Below, one piece after another: positions 9,309 through 18,277 of a stretch of 46,433 nucleotides of DNA. Position numbers and translations under genes: made by a program. The notes beneath the pieces were generated by a model that was not told the origin of the DNA, did not search any database, and worked only from the letters and a program-made list of their open reading frames with translations. The stretch's first letter is position 1; every line of letters begins with the position of its first letter. Source of the stretch: Candidatus Woesebacteria bacterium. Its GTDB lineage: Bacteria; Patescibacteriota; Microgenomatia; UBA8517. Location: positions 86,072 through 132,504 of the forward strand of contig JAGVAE010000003.1 of NCBI GenBank assembly GCA_020060565.1, written 5' to 3'.

Positions 9309-9710
9309 ATGAGAACCATAATTAAACACTTCCTGATAGACACTATTGCTCTTTATTTAATCTCATTGGCCGTATCTGGAATTATTTTTGTTGAAGGTTT
9401 TTATACAGTAGCTTTGGCAGGTTTTGTTCTAATGTTAGCAACTAAAGTGGTAAAGCCTATTATAAACGTTCTTCTTCTGCCAATAAATCTTATTACATTT
9501 GGACTTTTTAAATGGGTAACTTATGCTATAACTCTTTATATCGTTACCCTTGTTGTCCCTGGCTTTGAGATAGGCCAGTTTGTTTTTAGTGGTTTTACTT
9601 CCTATTGGTTTTCCATTCCCGCAATTACTCTTTCAGGAATATTGGCTTTTATAGCTTTTTCTTTTTCCATCTCCATAATATCCTCCATCTTTAATTGGAT
9701 ATTTAAATGA
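9309..9710 (+). CDS. Membrane protein, DUF360 / phage-holin-4_2 (YvlD-like) family
   Basis: It has four hydrophobic segments and the pattern KPIINVLLLPINLITFGLF...LVVPGFEI. The same pattern occurs in the paralogue at 36512..36850. Confidence 0.6.
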   Translation: MRTIIKHFLIDTIALYLISLAVSGIIFVEGFYTVALAGFVLMLATKVVKPIINVLLLPINLITFGLFKWVTYAITLYIVTLVVPGFEIGQFVFSGFTSYWFSIPAITLSGILAFIAFSFSISIISSIFNWIFK

Positions 9711-9733
9711 TTTTTGGCTATACTTAAGCCTGA

Positions 9734-9949
9734 ATGAGTAAAACACTTACTATTATTCAGACGCTAATCTCAATAGTGCTTATTATTCTGATCCTAATTC
9801 AAGCCAAAGGAACTGGATTGGGTAGAACATTTGGAGGTGGAGCAGGAACCTCGTTTTCAAGACGTGGGCTGGAAAAGTTTATTTTTAAACTAACCTTCGT
9901 TATCGTAGGTCTTTTTCTTGTCATCTCAATCCTACAGCTAGTCATTTAA
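9734..9949 (+). CDS. secG: Preprotein translocase subunit SecG
   Basis: The 71-aa product has two TM helices separated by the Gly-rich loop (QAKGTGLGRTFGGGAGTSFSRRG) typical of SecG. Confidence 0.7.
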   Translation: MSKTLTIIQTLISIVLIILILIQAKGTGLGRTFGGGAGTSFSRRGLEKFIFKLTFVIVGLFLVISILQLVI

Positions 9950-9951
9950 TT

Positions 9952-11271
9952 ATGCCAAGTATTAGATACTTAATCCGTCTTACGGGGGCTTTTCTTTCCC
10001 GCTTTAAAGTTTTGATTGGCATTGGCATTGGAATAGGTATAATCTTTTTTTTGATTTTGAATATAATTATTCCAAAATTTGGAGGGTGGGAAGAGCGAAG
10101 AGTAGGCCTTTTTGGCCGTTATACACCAACCACACTACCTAACAGTATTATGGAAATGATAGGTGACGGCTTAACATCCCTTGATGAGAATGGAAATGTC
10201 ATACCAAACCTATCTTCAAGCTGGAGCACTCCCGATAAAGGCAAAACATGGATATTTACATTAAAGGACGGACTTACCTGGCAGGACGATCGTGAAGTCT
10301 TATCAAAAAATCTTGTGTATCATTTTTCTGACGCTCAAGTATCATATCCTGACAACAAAACTATTACATTCACACTACAAAACACATATTCTGCTTTTCC
10401 TTCAGTAGTTTCCTCACCCGTATTTAGGTCAGGCCTTTTAGGAACTGGTGAATGGAAGGTAAAAAATCTAAGCTTGGTTAGTGAATACGTTGATGAGATA
10501 ACTTTAGAAAGTGAAAAGAAAGAAAGAATAACATATAAATTTTATCCAACAGAAGAACGTCTAAAATTAGCATTTGAACTTGGAGAAGTTGATGAAATTA
10601 GAAATCTTATTGATCCCAAACCAATCATTTCATGGTCAAAAATTAAATCTGAAGAGGAAATAAGTAAAGGGGAATATGTAGCAGTTTTTTTTAGTATGAA
10701 CGATAAGGCTTTGGGAGATAAAAGTCTAAGACAGGCTCTTTCATACGCAACAGACAAAGACAAACTTGGAAACACCCGCGCTATAAGTCCTATATCTGAG
10801 AATTCTTGGGCATATAATCCGCAAGTTAAACCCTATTTATATGACACTCAAAAAGCAAAAACTATGATCGATGAACTGCCCAACGAAATTAAAAATGATT
10901 TGAATATTATACTAACTACCTCACCTCTTCTTCTCCCCCAAGCAGAGCTTATTCAAAAAGATTGGGAGAAAGTTGGTGTGAAAACTACTATACAGGTAAT
11001 GTCGAATATCCCCACAAACTACCAAGCTCTTCTTGCCATCTTTGATATTCCAGAAGATCCTGATCAATACTCAATCTGGCACTCAACCCAAACCCAAACC
11101 AATATCACTCGTTATAGTAACCCCAGGATAGATAAACTACTTGAAGACGGTAGAACCATCTTATCCGTAGCAGATAGAAAACAAATATACCAAGATTTTC
11201 AAAGATTTTTAGTTGAAGATGCTCCAGCTATGTTTCTTTACTATCCAACAACCTATACAATCAAGCGTTAG
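9952..11271 (+). CDS. ABC-transporter substrate-binding protein, family 5 (peptide/nickel type), N-terminally membrane anchored
   Basis: It has an N-terminal TM segment and then SBP_bac_5-like motifs (LTSLDENGNVIPNLSSSWSTPDKGKTWIFTLKDGLTWQD; YNPQVKPYLYD). No permease or ATPase partner lies adjacent. Confidence 0.7.
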   Translation: MPSIRYLIRLTGAFLSRFKVLIGIGIGIGIIFFLILNIIIPKFGGWEERRVGLFGRYTPTTLPNSIMEMIGDGLTSLDENGNVIPNLSSSWSTPDKGKTWIFTLKDGLTWQDDREVLSKNLVYHFSDAQVSYPDNKTITFTLQNTYSAFPSVVSSPVFRSGLLGTGEWKVKNLSLVSEYVDEITLESEKKERITYKFYPTEERLKLAFELGEVDEIRNLIDPKPIISWSKIKSEEEISKGEYVAVFFSMNDKALGDKSLRQALSYATDKDKLGNTRAISPISENSWAYNPQVKPYLYDTQKAKTMIDELPNEIKNDLNIILTTSPLLLPQAELIQKDWEKVGVKTTIQVMSNIPTNYQALLAIFDIPEDPDQYSIWHSTQTQTNITRYSNPRIDKLLEDGRTILSVADRKQIYQDFQRFLVEDAPAMFLYYPTTYTIKR

Positions 11272-11958
11272 TTAATCTTTGTTAAGTTCGGTATTTATCA
11301 AATTCCTCAAATCTTCATAGCTTCCACTCAACCTCTCGATTTTTATGCCATTTAGATAAAAAGTTGGTGTGGCATTAAGCTTAACCAAATTTCCATCATT
11401 GGTATCACGTTGCACAATTTGTTTAACAACTTCTGAATCTATATCTATTTTAAATTTCTCAACATCAAGACCAAGACTCTCTGCATAACCAACAAAAATA
11501 GACCTAGCATCAACTATATCTACCCACTCATCGGTAGATTCATATACTTTGTCATGCATCTGCCAATATTTATCCTGAAGACCGGCGGCTTCTACCGCAT
11601 ATGCTGAGACGAGAGCGTTGGTATGATAATCTAAAGGATAATTCCGAAAAGTAAAATTTAATTTACCAGAGAACTCAGATAGTAGCTGTTTAATCATGGG
11701 GTGATAATAAACGCATGCAGGACATTCATAATCACCGAATTCAACTAATGTCACTTCTGCCGAAGTACTTGCAGCCAAATATTTACCATCTGCCATTCCT
11801 CCAGTAACTGTGGCACTACTAGGAACCAAAATTTCAGAACTTACTTTTTCAACAACCTGTGAAGAACTTCCACTATTGCGTGTCATCAAAAAAACACCCC
11901 CAGCAATTAAAAGAATTGTAATAACTATTCCAATAACAAGTCCTTTATCTTTAAGCAT
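11272..11958 (-). CDS. DsbA-family thiol:disulfide oxidoreductase, membrane anchored
   Basis: It has a thioredoxin-fold CxxC motif (GDYECPACVYYHP) and an N-terminal TM segment (GLVIGIVITILLIAGGVFL). I chose the ATG at 11958 rather than the ORF-track start at 12015 because a TATAAT (11971-11966, minus strand) sits 7 nt upstream of it. The start remains uncertain. Confidence 0.75.
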   Translation of the reverse strand: MLKDKGLVIGIVITILLIAGGVFLMTRNSGSSSQVVEKVSSEILVPSSATVTGGMADGKYLAASTSAEVTLVEFGDYECPACVYYHPMIKQLLSEFSGKLNFTFRNYPLDYHTNALVSAYAVEAAGLQDKYWQMHDKVYESTDEWVDIVDARSIFVGYAESLGLDVEKFKIDIDSEVVKQIVQRDTNDGNLVKLNATPTFYLNGIKIERLSGSYEDLRNLINTELNKD

Positions 11959-12070
11959 ATTAGGCATTATACAAATTCTTTTAGTATCAGGCAAATGCCC
12001 TTGTTTTTGGCCCAAATCTTCAGCTTGCTTGATTGTTTATAATAAGTATTGATAGAAATGGGGGGATATC

Positions 12071-12223
12071 ATGAAAATATCTGTTAAGCAGGGTGAAAAA
12101 GTTAGCTTAACTTTTCAAGGAAAAATAAACATGGTTCAAAAGGTAATACTAAGTAAAATTAGTGCTGAGAAACTAGGCAGAATCTTATTAAGCAAGAAGC
12201 ATTCATCCTTTGAAGCAAAATAA
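12071..12223 (+). CDS. Small hypothetical protein (50 aa)
   Basis: The ATG is preceded by the G-rich Shine-Dalgarno TGGGGGGAT at 5 nt and by a TTTATAAT further upstream. The translation is MKISVKQGEKVSLTFQGKINMVQKV.... It is below the ORF-track length cut-off and I recognised no family. Confidence 0.3.
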   Translation: MKISVKQGEKVSLTFQGKINMVQKVILSKISAEKLGRILLSKKHSSFEAK

Positions 12224-12257
12224 ACCATTGGGAGTTGGTTAGTACACTTATTTTGAA

Positions 12258-12752
12258 CTAGAAAGTTTGAAGGTTTTTGTAAAAGTCAATTCTACCTTCG
12301 CCTTTAACATAATAATCTGGTATTTCTGCAACCTTTTTGTAACCATTGTTTTCATAAAATATATTTGCTGGCTTATAGGATTCAATGTCGCAAGTTAGAA
12401 TATGGATATATCTACCCCCCTTTGTCTTTACATATTTTTCCATAGTCTTTAGTAGATTATTGGCTATTCCTTTTCTACGATAATTTTTGTGAACGGCTAT
12501 ATAGTCTAAGTCCATTTCGTATCCATCACTACCATATTTGTTTTCTCTAACACCAATTGCTGCTATGATTTTTCCATCGTCCTCAACATACCAATATCGG
12601 TGATTCTTACCTGTTATGCTATCAGTTACCGCCTTTTTAACTAAGGCCTTTTCGTTTGGAGCCCAGGTTTGTTCAAAAGCATAAGGCCCAGTAAGAAAAT
12701 CTCCAATTTTCACTGCGATTTTATAATCTTCCAATGTTTTAACAGAATACAT
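12258..12752 (-). CDS. GNAT-family N-acetyltransferase
   Basis: It carries the acetyl-CoA binding motif (YIAVHKNYRRKGIANNLL) and has the typical ~160-aa size. Confidence 0.8.
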   Translation of the reverse strand: MYSVKTLEDYKIAVKIGDFLTGPYAFEQTWAPNEKALVKKAVTDSITGKNHRYWYVEDDGKIIAAIGVRENKYGSDGYEMDLDYIAVHKNYRRKGIANNLLKTMEKYVKTKGGRYIHILTCDIESYKPANIFYENNGYKKVAEIPDYYVKGEGRIDFYKNLQTF

Positions 12753-12871
12753 CTAGTTAGTATAGCATTTTAAGGCTAATTGGGGTCGATTGATAGACTT
12801 ATTTAGAACTCGAAGAATACAATTTGAGATCACAGCTGAGGATTTTTACGATTTGGATTTATTGTTCAAAT

Positions 12872-13522
12872 TTAATTTATACTCCAAGGTTCGAGAGGTG
12901 GTGTAAAATAATCTCCTTGTGAAATTTTTGTGGCTAGAATATTGGCAAAGTTACTTATATCAAATTTGTCGAGTTTAAAATTGCTGGTTTTTCCGCCCAC
13001 TTGAATATCTACCTCCCTATTTTTAGGTCCTTTTTGAACTCCTTTAAACGCTGCGAAAAGAAATGCGTGCCCTGACTCACTACTACCAAACTGTAAATAC
13101 ATTTCTGTAATAACATTATTTATTGGTAAACCTTTCTCAATGGCCTCTGTAAAAAAAACCTTTGCCCTAATCCTTTCATCTCTATGAACATCCCAATCAT
13201 AATCTGTTATCGGATGGATACCAAGAACTTCAATATTAAAATGTTTCTGTCTGTACAATTTTATATTACTTTTAGCCTCAATTGACCCAGCAGCTTCTTC
13301 AAGAATACCTACAATAGAAGAAAATGGTTCTTGTTCTAGAAAAGCTTCCTCTACTTTTCTTAAAGCTGGCTCAACTTCTCTGTCAAATTTGGCTACCAAT
13401 GTTGAAATCTTAGCCCTATTATCAAGATGTCGATTTAACTGCTCTCTCTTCACCACCTCAAGCTCGTTTGTACGTCTACTCAGCAAGGTGCGAAAGAGAT
13501 TTCTTGAATCTTCTTTTCCCAT
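12872..13522 (-). CDS. Hypothetical protein (216 aa)
   Basis: It is a clean ORF upstream of the GNAT gene on the same strand. No motif was recognised. Confidence 0.55.
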   Translation of the reverse strand: MGKEDSRNLFRTLLSRRTNELEVVKREQLNRHLDNRAKISTLVAKFDREVEPALRKVEEAFLEQEPFSSIVGILEEAAGSIEAKSNIKLYRQKHFNIEVLGIHPITDYDWDVHRDERIRAKVFFTEAIEKGLPINNVITEMYLQFGSSESGHAFLFAAFKGVQKGPKNREVDIQVGGKTSNFKLDKFDISNFANILATKISQGDYFTPPLEPWSIN

Positions 13523-13572
13523 TCGGTTGGAAGTGTATCTTAATAAATTATTAAAGTCAAGTTATGGGATAT

Positions 13573-13651
13573 TGGGGTGGCTGAGGAGACTTGAACTCCC
13601 GACCTTCCCCTCCACAGGGGGACGCTCTGAACCAACTGAGCTACAGCCACC
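13573..13651 (-). tRNA. tRNA-His (anticodon GTG) with genome-encoded G-1 and 3' CCA
   Basis: Hand-folded cloverleaf: G-1, GTGGCTG acceptor, GCTC/GAGC D stem, TCCCC-CTGTGGA-GGGGA anticodon arm, GGGAG-TTCAAGT-CTCCT T arm, discriminator C73, then CCA. The extra 5' G opposite C73 is the bacterial tRNA-His hallmark. Confidence 0.9.
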
Positions 13652-13728
13652 AAGAACATTTGTATTTTATCATCCCCAAGAGAAATGGCCAAGTTAGTAA
13701 CAGGCCAAAGCTGTTATAATGGCTTCAT

Positions 13729-14634
13729 ATGTTAATTGATCGTGCAGAGATTACTGTTCGTGGGGGTCATGGTGGGGCTGGTATGCCCAATAAACTTAAG
13801 GGTCCAGATGGGGGAAATGGTGGGGCAGGAGGAGATGTCTATATTAAAACTTCATCCAATATCAATCTTCTTAATCAGTTTAGTGAGAAAGATACTTTTG
13901 TTGCAGAAAATGGTCAGATGGGCGCACGTGGCAACAAAACTGGCAAAGATGGGCGCGACCTTGAAATACTTCTTCCTGTGGGAACTGGTGTATACGATAA
14001 GAAAACTAGGGAATTAATTGTGGAAGTTAACAAAGTTAACGAACGAATATTAATTTGCAAAGGAGGAAAAGGGGGATGGGGAGGAGAAACCGCAGAGTTG
14101 GGAGAGCGTGGTGAGGAAAAAAGACTTATTCTTTCACTCCGTTTAATTGCAGACTTTGGACTTATTGGTTTACCCAATGCAGGGAAAAGCAGTCTTTTAA
14201 ATGAATTGACTAATGCCAAAGCAATCACAGCAGATTATCCCTTTACTACACTTGAACCAAACCTGGGAGTATTTGAAGAAAAAACTATTGCAGACATTCC
14301 AGGACTTATTGAGGGAGCCTCAGGTGGACGTGGACTTGGTATAGCATTCTTAAAGCACATTGAGAAAGTTACAACACTTCTTCATTGCATTTCGTTAGAA
14401 ACAAAAGACGCACTCAGGGATTATAAAACAGTTAGAAAGGAATTATCAGATTTTAAACCCGAGCTTACAAAAAAGCCTGAAATTATAATCCTCACAAAAA
14501 CAGATATGGTGGATGCTGAAACTATACAAAAGCTTATAAAAACACTAAATAATAAAGCTAAAAATATCATTTCTGTTTCTATTCACGACTTTCCAAGTTT
14601 AGAGGATCTTAAAAAGGTATTACGAAAAATTTGA
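13729..14634 (+). CDS. obg: GTPase Obg (short form, 301 aa)
   Basis: It has the Gly-rich Obg fold (RGGHGGAGMPNKLKGPDGGNGGAGGDVYI) followed by a G domain (GLPNAGKSSLL, DIPGLIEGAS, TKTD). Confidence 0.9.
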   Translation: MLIDRAEITVRGGHGGAGMPNKLKGPDGGNGGAGGDVYIKTSSNINLLNQFSEKDTFVAENGQMGARGNKTGKDGRDLEILLPVGTGVYDKKTRELIVEVNKVNERILICKGGKGGWGGETAELGERGEEKRLILSLRLIADFGLIGLPNAGKSSLLNELTNAKAITADYPFTTLEPNLGVFEEKTIADIPGLIEGASGGRGLGIAFLKHIEKVTTLLHCISLETKDALRDYKTVRKELSDFKPELTKKPEIIILTKTDMVDAETIQKLIKTLNNKAKNIISVSIHDFPSLEDLKKVLRKI

Positions 14635-14658
14635 TAATTTGATATACTGTATTTAGAT

Positions 14659-15420
14659 ATGCCCGAAGAAAAAACAAGAAAAAGAATGGTAGTAGAGGAA
14701 GTAGGGTTTGCTTCTGAAAAAACGAATCCAGAATCACTTAGTCCAGAGCCGGTGGAAGAAATTAAGGAAAAAGTAGAGGAGTTGCAAACATTGACTGAAG
14801 ATATTTCCGAATCTGTTGAAAAGTCAGCTGATATTCAGGAAGATTTAGCCAAAGCTGCAGAAGAAGTCATATCTTTTGAGAAAACAGAAAAACTTCATAA
14901 TCAACCTCAGGAGACTAGTATGCCCCAAGCTCCACAAATTAAACCAAGTCGTGGAGTTAACCCTCTAACCATAATAATTCCTGGTATTTTTTTACTAGGT
15001 GCACTTTTGGGTGGAATTGCTTTTTATCAAAAAGAAGTGTCTCAGGAAAATAGTGAGCCCACACCAACTCCAAATTACAACAATACAGTGACTCCTTCAC
15101 CAACAACAATTCCTGAAGTAAAACTTGATTTAACCGAATATCCAATAAATGTAATGAATGGATCAGGAACACCCGGACTTGCAGGAACAGTCAAGGAACA
15201 ATTGGAAGACGCAGGGTTTAAAGTTGATAAAACTGGAAATGCTCCAAGTTATGACTACACAAAAACTGTAATTAAAGCAAAAGTAGATGTGCCAGAAGAT
15301 TTCATTACAAAACTTTCAGAATCTTTAGGCAAAAATTATGAAGTGGATACAAAACAATCACTTGCCACCTCTTCAGCAGATAGTGTACAGGTAATTATAG
15401 GCAGCACAAAAGCCAAATAA
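14659..15420 (+). CDS. LytR_C-domain membrane protein
   Basis: It has an acidic N-terminus, one TM segment (IIIPGIFLLGALLGGIAF), a Pro/Thr linker and a C-terminal LytR/CpsA/Psr C-terminal-like domain (INVMNGSGTPGLAGTVKEQLEDAGFKV...IKAK...VIIGS). Confidence 0.6.
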   Translation: MPEEKTRKRMVVEEVGFASEKTNPESLSPEPVEEIKEKVEELQTLTEDISESVEKSADIQEDLAKAAEEVISFEKTEKLHNQPQETSMPQAPQIKPSRGVNPLTIIIPGIFLLGALLGGIAFYQKEVSQENSEPTPTPNYNNTVTPSPTTIPEVKLDLTEYPINVMNGSGTPGLAGTVKEQLEDAGFKVDKTGNAPSYDYTKTVIKAKVDVPEDFITKLSESLGKNYEVDTKQSLATSSADSVQVIIGSTKAK

Positions 15421-15485
15421 ACTTCTTTTTAATTCTTTACGGAGCGGGTAAGCGGAGCTTGGCCTTCTCACTCGTTTTACTCGTG

Positions 15486-15556
15486 AGCGGGTAGGGGGAA
15501 TCGAACCCCCATCAAAAGCTTGGAAAGCTCCTATTCTACCATTGAACCATACCCGC
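15486..15556 (-). tRNA. tRNA-Gly (anticodon TCC)
   Basis: Cloverleaf: GCGGGTA acceptor, GGAGC-TTTCCAA-GCTTT anticodon arm, GGGGG-TTCGATT-CCCCC T arm, discriminator U. No CCA is encoded. Confidence 0.88.
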
Positions 15557-15607
15557 ATTTCGTCACTTCGTTCCTCAATGTAAACTTGCTCAGTGTAAAC
15601 TCACTTT

Positions 15608-15856
15608 CTAATGTAAACTCTTTATTAACTCATCTTTCTTAGATCTACGCCAACCTTTAATCATTTTCTCCCTTTTGGCTGCGTCTATTTTATTCAAAAA
15701 TCTCTCCCAGTAGACAAGTTTAGCAGGAAGTTGAGATTTTCTCAAAACTGTTTTTACACCTGAGTTGTATTCACTTATTCTCTTCCTAACATTCCAGGTT
15801 ATACCTGTATAAAGATAACCATCAACACATTTAATGATGTAAACAAAATAGGGCAT
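15608..15856 (-). CDS. GIY-YIG nuclease-domain protein (82 aa, stand-alone)
   Basis: The N-terminus is MPYFVYIIKCVDGYLYTGITWNVRKRISEYNSG (GIY...YTG motif, conserved Arg and Glu). It lies between tRNA-Gly and tRNA-Pro. Confidence 0.8.
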   Translation of the reverse strand: MPYFVYIIKCVDGYLYTGITWNVRKRISEYNSGVKTVLRKSQLPAKLVYWERFLNKIDAAKREKMIKGWRRSKKDELIKSLH

Positions 15857-15895
15857 GTTTTAAGTTTACACCGAGAACCTTAAGGTTCGAATGTG

Positions 15896-15968
15896 TCGGA
15901 GTGACAGGATTCGAACCTGCGGCCTCTTCGTCCCAAACGAAGCGCGCTACCAGCTGCGCTACACTCCG
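15896..15968 (-). tRNA. tRNA-Pro (anticodon TGG)
   Basis: Cloverleaf: CGGAGTG acceptor, GCGC/GCGC D stem, CTTCG-TTTGGGA-CGAAG anticodon arm, GCAGG-TTCGAAT-CCTGT T arm. Confidence 0.9.
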
Positions 15969-15974
15969 ATTAAG

Positions 15975-16058
15975 TGCCGAGGGCGGGACTCGAACCCGCA
16001 TGAGTTATGCACTCGAGGGCTCTTAAGGCCCTTGCGTATACCATTTCGCCACCTCGGC
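15975..16058 (-). tRNA. tRNA-Leu (anticodon TAA), type II with long variable arm
   Basis: Cloverleaf: GCCGAGG acceptor, AGGGC-CTTAAGA-GCCCT anticodon arm, 16-nt variable region, GCGGG-TTCGAGT-CCCGC T arm. It lies 6 nt from tRNA-Pro. Confidence 0.88.
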
Positions 16059-16153
16059 TTGAATCTGTATTTTAACATTTTTATATTCAGATATACAGAT
16101 TGACACAGCTTTCGAATTACTTTAACTTTAAATATACCAAGGGGGTGAGTATA

Positions 16154-16543
16154 TTGAAACAATACGTAAGATATTTAATCATTTTTATAATAAATTCAGG
16201 TATTATCATGCTAGCCAGTGAGTTCTGGCCATCAAATTTTGTCTTGGGAAATGCAGTCATCCCTCCCATCTACGCAGGGCTATTCGCAGGATTTTTGCTT
16301 ATGGTTTTTGATAGAGCAGCTAAACCTATTATAAAAAGAATAATTGTTACCGAAAGAAGCCACTACATCATGTTTGGAATCTACTGGTTTGTAAACTTTG
16401 TGGGTATTTGGCTTATAGCCAGAGTTTCTTTCCTTTCTGGATTTGGAATAAGTGCATTTTATTTTGCATTAGCCTTGGGATTTGTCATTTGCTTGGGACA
16501 ATGGCTTGGAAGACAATTTTTCAAAATTATTAAATTTTTATAA
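16154..16543 (+). CDS. Integral membrane protein (possibly distant DUF360-like)
   Basis: It has four hydrophobic segments and AKPIIKRI after TM2. I chose the TTG at 16154 because AAGGGGG lies about 7 nt upstream. The ORF-track start at 16100 (TTG) would begin 41 nt after the end of tRNA-Leu. The start is uncertain. Confidence 0.5.
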   Translation: MKQYVRYLIIFIINSGIIMLASEFWPSNFVLGNAVIPPIYAGLFAGFLLMVFDRAAKPIIKRIIVTERSHYIMFGIYWFVNFVGIWLIARVSFLSGFGISAFYFALALGFVICLGQWLGRQFFKIIKFL

Positions 16544-18226
16544 TTACAATAAAGATTTAATAAAGCTAAGAAATATTGGGTGGGGTGTTGGAGGTCTACT
16601 TATATATTCAGGGTGAAATTGTGTTCCTACAAAAAATTTGTGGTCTTTAAGCTCAATCGCCTCAACCAGTTTTCCGTCGGGTGAAGTCCCACTAATGGTA
16701 AGTCCCGCTTTCTCAAAATCTTTTCTATAAAGACTATTAAACTCATATCTGTGTCTGTGTCTTTCATAAACAACTAATGACTTATCGCTAATGGTTAATG
16801 GCTTATCCCTTGGAATAAACCAAGGAGCATTATTTACTTTTCCATAATCCCGATAGGCTTTTTCCAACTTAGTTCCTTTCTTAACAACACAAGGCCAAGC
16901 CCCAAGCCTAATTGTTCCTCCATATTGGTGTTTTTCAAGATATTCTTTTTGAGAATCCATTACATGTATAACAGGGTGTTTTGTTTTGGGATTGGCCTCA
17001 GTGGTATTTGCATCCTTCAAGCCAAGAACATTCCTTGCAAATTCAATAGTTGCCATTTGCATTCCAAAACAAAGACCAAGATAGGGAATATTACTTTCTC
17101 TTGCATACTTTGCTGCCATTAGTTTTCCCTCAATTCCACGGGATCCCCAACCCTGGGGAACTATTATTCCGTCAAAATTTAGAAGTGTTTTTTTGCTTTT
17201 CTCCAGGTCTTCACTATCAATCCAAGCAATATCCAGACCTATTCCAATTTTCCCTGCTGCGTGCTTCAAAGACTCAATGACAGAAACGTATGAATCTGCT
17301 AATTGAAATTCTCCAGTAGCAAAGTATTTCCCAACCATGGCAATTTTGACCACTTTTGAATATTTTTTGGTAATTTTTGCAACTATCGTTTGCCAATCCC
17401 TCAAATCTTTATGTTTACCGAGTCTTAATCCTAAAAGTTTTAAACAGGTCGAAGCTAAGTGGTGTTTGCTTTTATGGAAAAGGTGTGGAACCTCATAAAT
17501 AGATGATAGGTCGGGAACTGAAAAAACTCTCTCTGCAGCAATATTGCAAAAAAGAGCCAATTTATCAAGCCTTTTCTGGTCAATTGAAATCTCGCTTCGT
17601 GCAACAATGATTTCAGGCTGAATCCCTAAACTATTTAAAACATGTACAGAGGTCTGGGCGGGTTTACTTTTAAGTTCTCCAACATTGGCAAGATATGGAA
17701 GGTATGTAACATGCAAATGAATCACATCCTTGGGATGTTTTAACTTTAGAATTCTATAGGCTTCAAAAAATATTCCGTTTTTGTATTCACCAACAGTACC
17801 ACCATATTCAACAATAACAATATCGGACTTGGCTACAATTCCTGATTCCTCAATTCTTCTTAGAATCTCATCTGTTACATGGGGTATAACATCAACAGTG
17901 TCCCCGCTATATTCAAAAGCTCTTTCTTTTCTTATCACCTCACCATAAATTTGACCTGCAGTAATGTAGTTTTCTTTTTTTAGGTTTTCACCAGTAAAAC
18001 GTTCATAGTGTCCCAAGTCTTCATCACATTCCATCCCATCGTGAGTTACAAAACATTCACCGTGATCTTGTGGCCTTATGGTTCCCGCATCCACATTAAA
18101 GTACATATCTACTTTTGTGGTTGTAACTTTATAACCGCGTGATTTAAGAAGAAAGGCCAAAGAGGCAACTGTGATGCCTTTACCAAGACCTGAAACAACT
18201 CCTCCTGATACAAAAATATATTTCAA
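16544..18226 (-). CDS. pyrG: CTP synthase (PyrG)
   Basis: It has KYIFVSGGVVSGLGKGI at the N-terminus and a glutamine amidotransferase triad region (GLCFGMQ, HRHRYE). I moved the start to the TTG at 18226 (giving MKYIFVSGG), because the ORF-track extension to 18304 runs into tRNA-Arg. Confidence 0.93.
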   Translation of the reverse strand: MKYIFVSGGVVSGLGKGITVASLAFLLKSRGYKVTTTKVDMYFNVDAGTIRPQDHGECFVTHDGMECDEDLGHYERFTGENLKKENYITAGQIYGEVIRKERAFEYSGDTVDVIPHVTDEILRRIEESGIVAKSDIVIVEYGGTVGEYKNGIFFEAYRILKLKHPKDVIHLHVTYLPYLANVGELKSKPAQTSVHVLNSLGIQPEIIVARSEISIDQKRLDKLALFCNIAAERVFSVPDLSSIYEVPHLFHKSKHHLASTCLKLLGLRLGKHKDLRDWQTIVAKITKKYSKVVKIAMVGKYFATGEFQLADSYVSVIESLKHAAGKIGIGLDIAWIDSEDLEKSKKTLLNFDGIIVPQGWGSRGIEGKLMAAKYARESNIPYLGLCFGMQMATIEFARNVLGLKDANTTEANPKTKHPVIHVMDSQKEYLEKHQYGGTIRLGAWPCVVKKGTKLEKAYRDYGKVNNAPWFIPRDKPLTISDKSLVVYERHRHRYEFNSLYRKDFEKAGLTISGTSPDGKLVEAIELKDHKFFVGTQFHPEYISRPPTPHPIFLSFIKSLL

Positions 18227-18277
18227 GATAGAACAATTTATTCTATGAAGTGAAGGAGTGTCAAGGGGAAAAATTTG

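Noticed and set aside
10012-10045. Short ATTGGC/ATTGGA reiteration in the substrate-binding-protein gene (it encodes GIGIGIGI)
   Set aside because: It is simply the coding sequence of a Gly/Ile-rich transmembrane anchor. It is too short and imperfect to call a repeat element.
13389-13697. ORF-track entries that overlap tRNA genes: 13389..13697, 15373..15558, 15891..16103, 15959..16162, 29720..29914, 30398..30613, 30517..30738 and 30569..30796
   Set aside because: Each runs through one or more well-folding tRNA genes. Their open frames come from GC-rich tRNA sequence, and the translations are Arg/Pro/Gly-rich nonsense with no motifs.
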